Origin: Octopus sinensis
Lineage: Eukaryota
Assembly: GCF_006345805.1 (NCBI RefSeq)
Contig: NC_043011.1
Span: 36,778,464 to 36,842,463, forward strand
Length of the DNA stretch: 64,000 bases
Direction: 5' to 3'
Of this stretch, positions 54,088 through 64,000 are shown one piece after another. A model generated the notes under the pieces. It saw only the letters and a list, made by a program, of their open reading frames with translations, made no database searches and was not told the DNA's origin. The stretch's first letter is position 1, and each line of letters opens with the position of its first letter. Position numbers and translations under genes: made by a program.

Positions 54088-54189
54088 CAACAACTACACA
54101 ACCGCTGCTTACACATAAAAACAATAATACCAGGGATATCAGTGATGATAATGATAATAATAATGAAAAGAAACGGGTGGAGTCTACTT

Positions 54190-56982
54190 ATGAGCTAATA
54201 ATGATACATCTAGTGATGATATCGTAATAAAAACACTGGTAATTGCGCAACCTGATAATCGCTACCTCATATGAGTGACAATGAAAAAACAAAATGTTGT
54301 GAATAATGGTGGTAATGAAACTGAAGCCAATGATGGTGACAGTGTTACACCTAGTAGGCTCAGAGATTCTGGTCCGGCTCTAGCCTATCGATATCGAGAA
54401 AGGCGTAGATTTAGCAAACAAATTAATGCTGTGGTCATGGAGTGTTACTACCTGAGGAACCCGGTAGATGAAAATGGTGCTCAAATTAGGGGCTACCGTC
54501 AACGTATGTATAATCATTGGAGAGAAACGGGATTGTTTCAATTCACGGAACAGAGACTATGTGATCAAACTAAAGCAATAAGAAAAAGTTGTTGGTTCAC
54601 AGAAGTAGACCTAGAAGCTATCAAAAGACGGATCATGGACAATAGTAGCATAGATAAGAATGAAAATACAGTTTTTACTAATAAGAGCAATCTCATAGCA
54701 CAAGAAAGGAGCTGTGGTAGTTTACTTGATGAGAGACATATAGATGATCTTAAAGAAGACAATAAAACTAATAGTGACATAACAGATGAACAAAAGGCAA
54801 TCTACGACAGAATAAAGGTAAGACTACAAGAGAACGATAGCGACGTTATTTGCAACCTTAAAAAGGTTGATCGATGGAAATTGAACCAAGAAACAAAAAA
54901 TGTCAATGAAATTCTGAAATATATCAGAACAAACAACATCACAGAAACAAATAATTTGATCAAGACAGCAAGTATTGTAGTAGCAGAAAATGGGAGTGTT
55001 GATGTCAAGAAAAAAAAAACATAATTGGAGTGACAAAAGAAAAGATCCATGGTGGAAAAGAAGAATCTAGGCAGAGTTAGACATGCTCTCGAAGGAAATC
55101 TCTGTGTTAGACTGAAAAGAGAATGGGGAACCTAAAAGCGAACAAAAATACCGGGCGCTGAAAAGGGAGTATAATATTGAAAGAAAGGGCCTGAAATTAG
55201 TAGTGGAGGAACTGAAACAGCCTCGTTACAAAGAAAGCAAAGATGGTAAGATACGACCAAAGAATGAAAGTTACCACCAGAATACGTTATTCAGAGTAGG
55301 TGAGAAGAGATTCTTAACGAAATAAATGGAGGGTGTACAGATGAAAAGTTGGTATCATATAACATTGAAAGTCTAAGTTTTTGAAGTGACACCTGGAGCA
55401 ACGACAAGGAGCACAAGAAGGATGCTGAACGGTTGCTAGAACTGAAGCAAACAGCAGTCAGTCCAAAACAGGCAGAACTAGTCATTTCAGTTAGGGAAGT
55501 GAAGGAAATCAGAAAAAAAAATAGGCAACTGGAAGGCCCCGGGACCAGATGGCTACTGGATCAAGAGATTTGGTGAATGTCATGCACGAATAGCTGCGCA
55601 ACACAACACCTTGTTAAATGCCGACCAAGCAACACCAGAGTTGTTGACATTGAATAGGACAGTGTTGTGCCTGAAAAACATCGAAAAATGCAATACAGTA
55701 GACAATTATAGGTTGGTATCCTGTTTGCCACTTATGTGGAAGTTATTGACTGGAATATTCACAGAGTCAATGTACGAACATCTAGAAAAAAATGGAGTCC
55801 TGCCACATGAACAGAAGTGGTGCAAGCGTAAGTGCAGAGGTACCAAGGATGAACTCCTGATAGATAAAACTGTACTCAGAGACTGCAAGAGGAGGAAAAG
55901 TAACTTAGCCATGTCATGGATCGACTATCGTAAGGCGTACGATATGATCCCACATTTTTGGATTATGGAGTGTGTAAACCTGTTTGGGATTGCATTGTAT
56001 GTTAAGCGATTTCTTGTAAAAAGTATGGCGAATTGGAGGATGGGCCTGACAGCATACGGAGGAAGTTTAGGGACAGTAGAATTTAAGAGGGGCTTCTTCC
56101 AAGGGGACTGCCGGCCCCACTGATCTTTGTACTGTGCTTGATACCACTGACACTGATTCTGAAGAAAGCAAAAGCTGAGTATGTAATCAAAAACCGCCGA
56201 CAAAAAGTCAACCGTTTGTTATTCATGGATGACCTCAAACTTTATGGTAAAGATGACGCCCAAGTCAGTTCCCTCGTTAATACAGTGTATACCTTCAGTG
56301 CTGGTATCAGAATGGAGTTCAGACTGAGAAAGTGTGGTGTGTTAATATTGAAGAGAGGTAAAATAAAATGTAAGGACGGACTAACGATACCGTCGGCGGA
56401 GGTTATGACGCAGATATCAGAGATGGGCTATAAGTACTTGGGGATTATGGAAATGGATAAATTGATGGAGAAAGAAATGACAGAAAAAATCAAGGTGGAG
56501 TACTTACACAGACTGAGACTGATCCTTAAGTCGAAATTAAACAGACGGAATGCGATCGAAGCTATCAACACCTGGGCAATTTCACTCCTTAGATATGGAG
56601 TAGGTTTAATCGAATGGATAGTAGACGAACTAAACAGCTTAGACAGAAAGACAAGGAAGTTTCTAACTAGATATGGGTCACTCCACCCAAAAGTGACTCA
56701 GACAAACTGTATGTGCCAACAGAAAGAGAGGGAAGAGGACATATTGGATGCAAACACAGCGTTAGAGCAGAAGAAAACAACATAGCATGGTATGTAAAAA
56801 ATACCACAGAACCGCTATTACTACAAGTCAGAAGGTCAGGCATGTGTGAGATGAAAGATTGCAAACATAAAGCACTAAACAAGAAATTGAAAACGAATGA
56901 AACTGAAAATAGGTGGGTAAAGAAAAGAACTGAAGGTCAATTTCATATGAACGTTGAAGATAAGAAAAAAGATGGCTGCAGA
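54190..56982 (+). mobile_element. R4/Dong-clade non-LTR retrotransposon, N-terminus to RT; frameshifted and 3'-truncated
   Basis: N-terminal VMECYY..GYRQRMYNHW..TEQRLCDQ..I (54275-55024); RT motifs [39 protein letters not shown]; ends before the CCHC and endonuclease region; flanked by (TAA)n at 53955-54085 and (TAC)n/(TAA)n at 56983-57100. Confidence 0.92.
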
Positions 56983-57014
56983 TACTACTACTACTACTAC
57001 TACTACTACTACCA

Positions 57015-57102
<88 letters not shown>

Positions 57103-57402
57103 GACCTGGAAATAGAGGTAACCAGAATGTAGAATCTAAAAACAGAAACAATTTCTATCATAGTAGGTGCATTTAGGCATGATAAAAACATACTCAGACA
57201 AATACATAACAAAAACACCAGGACTTACAAACACATATAACATACAGAAACTTGCACTACTAGGCACTGCACACATCCTACGCAGAACACTTTATATACA
57301 ATAACCATCAAAGCATCACAACAAATCACAGCACATACCTAAGGCACACAGAGCTGCGCTCGGTAGTGAAGTGAAAGCACGCTATAAAAATATACTACTG
57401 AA
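57103..57402 (+). mobile_element. 5'-truncated R4/Dong-type 3' end inserted in (TAA)n
   Basis: DLEIEVTRM*NLKTETISIIVGA..YNIQKLALLGTAHILRRTL plus 3' UTR, with (TAA)n on both sides. Confidence 0.85.
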
Positions 57403-57492
57403 AATAATAATAATAATAATAAAATAATAATAATAATAATAATAATAATATAATAATAATAATAATATAATAATAATAATAATAATAATAAT

Positions 57493-57523
<31 letters not shown>

Positions 57524-57544
57524 AATAATAATAATAATTCTTTC

Positions 57545-57752
57545 TACTGAAAGCACAAGACCGCAAATTTGGGGGAGGGGATTACGTCGATTACATGAAC
57601 CCAAATGTGTAACTGGTACTTATTTAACCGACCCCGAGAGGATGAAAGACAAAGTCGACCTCGGCAGAATTTGAACTCTGAACGTGAAGATAGACGAAAT
57701 ACCGTTAAGCATTTCGTCTGGCGTTCGAAGGATTTTGCCAGCTCGCCACCTT
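57545..57752 (-). mobile_element. Short-tail SINE B inserted in (AAT)n
   Basis: Full head-core-tail with (AAT)n on both sides. Confidence 0.88.
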
Positions 57753-57781
57753 AAATAATAATGATAATGATGATGATGATG

Positions 57782-57849
<68 letters not shown>

Positions 57850-58001
57850 CATAACTGCACATTATTAGTCACAGGGGTTCATAATTATAGTGATGCATGT
57901 GCCTAGTGTACCCTTATCAGACAGGTAGCCATGAAGGGTATACTGGGCTTCGCATATTTTACCCCAGTATCATTTTGATGGCATGCAGTGTTCTCTCACT
58001 C
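57850..58001 (+). mobile_element. Y-X fusion of the bipartite (TAA)n-associated element
   Basis: Y 57850-57884 joined via ttatag to X 57891-58001; (AAT)n on both sides. Confidence 0.75.
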
Positions 58002-58077
<76 letters not shown>

Positions 58078-58569
58078 GCAATAATCATAATAATAATAAT
58101 AGTTATAATAAACTTGTTTATTACCAGAAGTGCTTATGCGTATTTTTCTGATAAATGACGTTTCTCATCTTAAGCCTAAAGAAAAGACAAAGTCGTAAGT
58201 TTTGTGATGGTTAGTATTGAAAAGATAAATAAAACCATAAATTTGAAATAGTATGAAGACAATAAACATTAATTCTTTTCTTTATTTTAATGTTTTCCAT
58301 TTATTTGCTTATATTTCTCTTTTCCTTCGATTTTTTTTTTGCTTTTGAAAAATTGATAAAATTCCAGTTGATTTTGAATGTCTGGTGGAGATAATAGAAT
58401 GAAAAAAAAAAAACGAGAGGAACAGAAAGAAAAATAGGAATGAAAATAATAGAAATTATTCATGAAGGATTTAGTGTTGAAATACCTAATACGTGGAGAT
58501 TTGAAGTATTAATTTTGCCTTGTCATAAAATAAAGAAACTCATATTCCGTGCGTTTTCATATTATACGT

Positions 58570-58603
<34 letters not shown>

Positions 58604-58669
58604 GTAATAATAACAATCATCGGATGGAATTTATAAACATATATGTATAAAGCTTGTTTCCCCAAACTA

Positions 58670-59075
58670 CTACTTGGTTACAAGTTGAGCCTCACTGCGT
58701 GGCTCCTTGGGAAAGTTGGGCCTCACTACGTGGCTCCTTGGGCAAGTGTCTTCTACTGTAGTCTCGGGCCAATAAAATCCTTCTGTGTGGTTATAGTAGA
58801 GGGAAACTGAATGAAGCCCGCCGTATGTATAAGTATAAATCTATGTGTTTTTGCATCTGTGTTTGTCCTCATCACCACCACCACCACCACCAACGCTAGA
58901 CAACCGGTATTGCTTTGTTTGTGTTCCCGTAACCTAATGTTCAGCAAAGGAGACCGACACGATAAGCACCAGGCTTTAAAAAAATCAGTCCCCGGTTCGA
59001 TTTATTCGACTAAAACACTTTTAAGGCGGCACCCCAGCATAGCCGCTGTCAAGTGACTGCATCAAATAAACGATA
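58670..59075 (+). mobile_element. SINE family A with a 31-bp internal tandem duplication
   Basis: Duplicated units 58684-58714 and 58715-58745; tail ggcggcaccccagcatagccgc. Confidence 0.82.
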
Positions 59076-59435
59076 AACGATACATAGATACATACGTACA
59101 TACATACATACATACATACATACATACATACATACATACATACAGACATACATACATACATACATGCATACATACATACATAGATACATACATAAAAACA
59201 TACATACATACATACTTACATATATATACACGGAAATATTTACGAGTAATTTATGTATATAAAAGGATAGAATACCTTCCCGTTTCATTTAGACTCAATG
59301 CCATTTTTTCGTGTTCTCTGTTGCATATATTTCCACCTAGTCGGAAAGCGATCAGTCGCAGGATTGCTTGTGTTTGACAGCCTGGTCCATATGAATTTAT
59401 ACATACGTATATACATACATACATACATACATACA

Positions 59436-59470
<35 letters not shown>

Positions 59471-59471
59471 A

Positions 59472-59803
59472 GGGTAAAGACCCCCTTCGGTCATGAATGA
59501 CCATGGGATTGCACCTAGAAAGTTACCCTCCTAGACACAAGTCCGGGCAAGGTTGTTTATGGAAGACCAGCAGTCGCCCATGCATACCAGCCTCCCCTCT
59601 CCACGCCACCAGTGTTATCCAAGGGAAAGACAAAGGTCGATACAGCTTGACACCAGTGACGTCGCAACTCATTTCTACAGCTGAGTGAACTGGAGCAACG
59701 TGAAATAAAGTGTTTTGCTCAAGAACACAACACGCAGCCCGGTCCGGGATTCGAGCTCACAACCTCACGATCGTAAGCTCGACGCTCTAACCACTGAGCC
59801 ATT
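59472..59803 (-). mobile_element. Full-length tRNA-headed SINE with RTE-like tail and (TTTA)n end
   Basis: Head ggctcagtggttagagcgtcgagcttacgatcgtgaggttgtgagctcgaatcccgg; core gtgttcttgagcaaaacac..ttgctccagttcactcagctg; tail gtgcaatcccatggtcattcatgaccgaagggg. Confidence 0.88.
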
Positions 59804-59841
59804 AACGGTAGGAACTTTAATAAAAGTTCAATATATATATA

Positions 59842-59979
59842 TATTGTATATAAATAAAAGAGGCAGGCAACAGGTTGCTTAGCTGCATACCGAAAAAAAT
59901 TAGAAATAGCAGTCAGAGACTGTTTATGCGGTATGCGGCTAAGCAACCTGTTGCCTGCCTCTTTTATTTATATACAATA
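59842..59979. repeat. Near-perfect foldback element (51-bp arms, 36-nt spacer)
   Basis: Arms 59842-59892 and 59929-59979 differ at one position (T59884 opposite G59937). Confidence 0.92.
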
Positions 59980-59982
59980 CAT

Positions 59983-60013
<31 letters not shown>

Positions 60014-60035
60014 CGCGCACACACACACACACACA

Positions 60036-60128
<93 letters not shown>

Positions 60129-61355
60129 TATGCCAAGTGTTTCCCTCTATCGGATTTCCAGACGCATGTTTCTGGTTATTTAGCTTCCTCAATGAAAAAT
60201 AGTGAAGAGATATAATCCTAGGCTCATTCAAAGCTGCAGATTTAACTAAAATCAGTCAGCATTAGTGACTGAGCTGCGCTATTGGACCGCATGTGTGAAA
60301 TGAAAATAGCAGCATCAGCTTCAAGCAGTAGTTAGATATAAACTAACGTTAGGTGAGTTTTATTATTTTTGTGGCATATTTTAGCTTCTAAAAGCAAATT
60401 TACTGTAATAACTTAGGATAAAAATTATCTAATAAACCCATAAGCTATTTTGTGGCTTTCTTATATTATATTTTAATTAAGATATACATATTATTTTTTT
60501 TAAACAAATACTGCTTCTTGCAACTTTAATTTTTACCTAGACTACCGGCATTTTACAAAACAAGAGATTTGTTAAACTATGAGCTTCTGCATCAGTAGAG
60601 GTTGAATGTGTTTGCCTATGCAGTTGCCAGTATGTTCTTCCTTTTGATGTTGCTTAAAGAAGCAGAAATCTAGTTTTATGAATTCCATCGCCACTGCATG
60701 ATGCTTTTCCTGTGCTACTGATATACATCTGTGCATTTTTAGCATTACACGTTTACAGGAGATAATTTCTGGACTAGAATACCACAGTTTTGTGCGTTTC
60801 ACAGCATAACTACTCTACGTAATTTATACGAAATGCTAATTTCAACTAATGCTGCTTCTGTCGCTAATAAGACACACACACACACACATACACACACATA
60901 CACACACATACATATACACTCACATATACACCACAAACACTCAACACACGTACACAGACCCTATCACACACACACTTACTCGAACACAGACAGTTACCAT
61001 CACACGCACACACAGCTCTACGCACTCACAGTACCACGCACACACGCTACCATACATACATTATTGTTGTTGTTGTTGTTGTTGTGCTTTGTATTGTAAG
61101 TTGGTGCAAAGTGTGGTGCCATGCAATTAAAACACTGTTTGTACACTGAATGATCTATGTACTGATCTGTCTAGTCACGTCTTTACAAGTACTTTGTCGC
61201 ACCAAGCAGCTGCATTCAGGGATTATGTGGTCAATTGTCTCTGTGTTTCGTTTTCGGACTTGGTTTGCAAGATTCGTTATGCAAGTTCCTGTGTCAAAGC
61301 ATATTATTTTGTGTCTGAAGGAAGTCATTCTCTTTCAGCATATATATAGATAATA

Positions 61356-61439
<84 letters not shown>

Positions 61440-61440
<1 letters not shown>

Positions 61441-61545
61441 GAGGTTTTCGTCTACCATGTCCACTCACAAGTCTCTTGTCAGGAGCCCGAGGCTATAGTA
61501 GAAGTCGTTCGACGTGCTACACTGTGGAACTTAACCTGGATCTTC
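61440..61545 (-). mobile_element. SINE family A core fragment
   Basis: ccactcacaag..cccgaggctatagtagaag. Confidence 0.6.
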
Positions 61546-61553
61546 TGCGCCTA

Positions 61554-61742
61554 GATCGTTAGCCACTACACACATTTTTTTCTCTCCTTGTTTCTCTCCT
61601 TGTTTTTTTCTGTGTCCCTTTCTGTAGAAGAGCGTAGGCTCGAAACGTAAAATACTTTTCTATTCCTGAGCGTTATACAAATGCATCCGTTTGTCTTGTA
61701 CACCACCTGTCTTCGTCTTTTGTTTTTTCGTAAACTCTCCCT
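61554..61742 (+). mobile_element. Hammerhead-like non-coding repeat (copy 3, best preserved)
   Basis: cttt-CTGTAGA-a-gagc-gtag-gctc-GAAA-cgt-a-aaa at 61618-61652; followed by (TA)n. Confidence 0.78.
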
Positions 61743-62328
61743 ATATATATATATGTGTATGTATGTATGTATGTATGTATGTATGTATGTATGTATGTAT
61801 GTATGTATGTATGTATGTATGTATGTATGTATGCATGTATGTATGTACGTATATATATATATATATATAATATATATTATATAATATATATGTATGTATG
61901 TGATAGACACATATCAGTACATAAACATATGTCCACATGTACATACGCATATACAAACACAGACACGTCTACACGCTTACATACCTAAATACTCACATAT
62001 ATACATAAGTACATATATACATACATACGTACTTACATACATACATGCATACGTGCATACACACATACATACATACATGGATACATACATACATACATAC
62101 ATACATACATACATACATACATACATACATACATACATACATACATTCATACATACATATTATGAACTAACTGCTACTTTCTCAGGGCAGCACGGAATTC
62201 TGTCAGTGAATAGGTCGCAGTTTCAAAGTGACGAAAATAATTTGACAAATTAAAGTTAAGTGGTGAAGTGAATCTAACAGGTTTGTGTGTTTTTAAATGA
62301 CTCAAAGCACCTTCCATGCTTAATTATA

Positions 62329-62383
<55 letters not shown>

Positions 62384-62386
62384 CAG

Positions 62387-62424
<38 letters not shown>

Positions 62425-62426
<2 letters not shown>

Positions 62427-62525
62427 TTAAGTACTAGGCTTACAAGGAATATGTTGTGTTTCAATTCCTTCTACTAAAATTGGTACTTCATAATGGCCGG
62501 AGACAAATTACTGTAACAAGTAAAA

Positions 62526-62530
<5 letters not shown>
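62425..62530 (+). mobile_element. SINE family A 3' fragment
   Basis: aagtactaggcttacaag..atggccgg..acaagtaaaagaata. Confidence 0.6.
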
Positions 62531-62598
<68 letters not shown>

Positions 62599-62917
62599 AT
62601 ATATATATATACCCAAGTATATATATGTATATATATATATTTATATATATATATGACATTTATAAAATATTTGTTTATAAACATTATATGTAGTAGTAGA
62701 CAGTTTAAGTATATACGTAAAATATGGCTGAAATTGATGAGGGATCGTTTGACCCAGTCGAATGTGCTTGTAGTCGTGTAAGCGTTGATATATAGGTTCG
62801 ACTCTTCTGGCTAGGATTAGCTCATCATTCTTGAGTCAATTTGTTCATATACAAATTTCGCTTTAAATTGGAGAATAGATATATTATTTTTATGATATAT
62901 TGTCATAGTTATATATA

Positions 62918-62988
<71 letters not shown>

Positions 62989-64000
62989 ATATATTATATG
63001 TATATATATATATATAATTCATTATTTTCACAAGAATTTAATAACTTTGTAGAAGATGAGGAAGCGGTTTTGTTTGTGGAACAGTAGCACTCGAAGCACA
63101 TAAAGCTTTAGACAGCATCATGTAAATATTAGGTACAAAAACCCGTCTGCTATAAAAAGGAAGTTACCCGTAGGACTCGAACTCACATTTCATATGACGA
63201 GGTATATACACAAGATTAGAAAGGAGGTTACGCTCAGAGATAATGATGGTGACATGAGACCTTGTCACTTTGTGACATATTAATGGAAGTCGGCTTTAAA
63301 GTGAACATCTTAACTAACCTTAAATCCAAACGCATTACAAAATTGAAATTTAAAATACGTTATCAGATTATCTATCATTACTCGCTCTGTGAATGAGAGC
63401 GTATAGACATAATTATATTAGAACTAAAGGCTCGTAGTCTGACTCATTCCAATCTGGTACTAAATACATATTCAGAATGAAGTCATGTGATGAAGATTGG
63501 AGATCAAAAGGATCGAAACGAAACGTTGTATATAGTTAAATATTAATGGAGCAAACTATATTTCATTTCGAATGTTGAGGTTAATAAACCGAAAAATTAT
63601 TCTCACACCGGGAAAGGTGTTAGAGATCTAGAGTAAAATAAAATATTTAAAAAATGATGCCTTTTAAAATGCCAGAATGATAGTTCATTATAGTAGAGAT
63701 ATGATGTAGAATTTTATGCAACTTAAATATCAAAGCGAACATGAGAAAATTTTCAGAAATAAAATTGTATTTAATGTTCTCTTATCCAAGAATATCTGAA
63801 TATCTAATGATACTTTATTTAAAACAAAAACAAAAACAAAAAACAATAAAAAAATCAGAGATAACGATATTTTAAAAATATATTACAAATCAAAAAATGA
63901 AGTGAATAATAATAACAATAATAACAATAATAATAATCATAATAATAATAATGATGATGATGTAATAAATAATAATAACAACAATAATAATAATAATAAT

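Noticed and set aside
54190-54275. HDV-like ribozyme at the 5' end of the R4/Dong element
   Set aside because: Only a short palindrome (ctcatatgag) is visible; I could not build the nested double pseudoknot.
59720-59805. tRNA-like sequence with A and B boxes (also 14263, 28710, 34197)
   Set aside because: No acceptor stem or terminator, and each continues into a SINE core; these are SINE heads, not tRNA genes.
60570-60640. ASASVEVECV as a hAT dimerisation-domain remnant
   Set aside because: Too short, flanked by stops, and no other hAT motifs or termini.
688-62781. Numerous 60-240 aa ORFs rich in YI, LSIY, HT, MYVC or homopolymer runs
   Set aside because: They are translations of (TA)n, (GATA)n, (CA)n, (TATG)n and triplet microsatellites, with no coding signal.

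Overview
This is AT-rich eukaryotic DNA dominated by microsatellites and retroposons. The SINE and LINE families point to a coleoid cephalopod, most likely Octopus (inference from recognised repeat families, no search run). I cannot support any host protein-coding gene, tRNA, rRNA or CRISPR array, and nearly all long ORFs in the track are translated microsatellites. The decayed autonomous elements are a Naiad-type Penelope-like element (GIY-YIG, 1.56-2.45 kb), two CR1-group LINE fragments, an RTE LINE 3' end, one long and three short R4/Dong-type LINE pieces in (TAA)n tracts, and Tc1, mariner and maT transposase relics. There are also about 30 copies of at least three tRNA-headed SINE types and two foldback MITE-like elements. 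The most interesting signals are: (1) several type-I hammerhead-ribozyme motifs with palindromic stem III, including a three-copy non-coding family with a variant CUGUNGA core; (2) a SINE subfamily with a swapped 3' tail that inserts at CGGTA, a motif also present in its own head, giving self-nested arrays; (3) CR1 and SINE 3' tails that match each other; (4) a five-copy alternating-orientation SINE cluster that could form long dsRNA.
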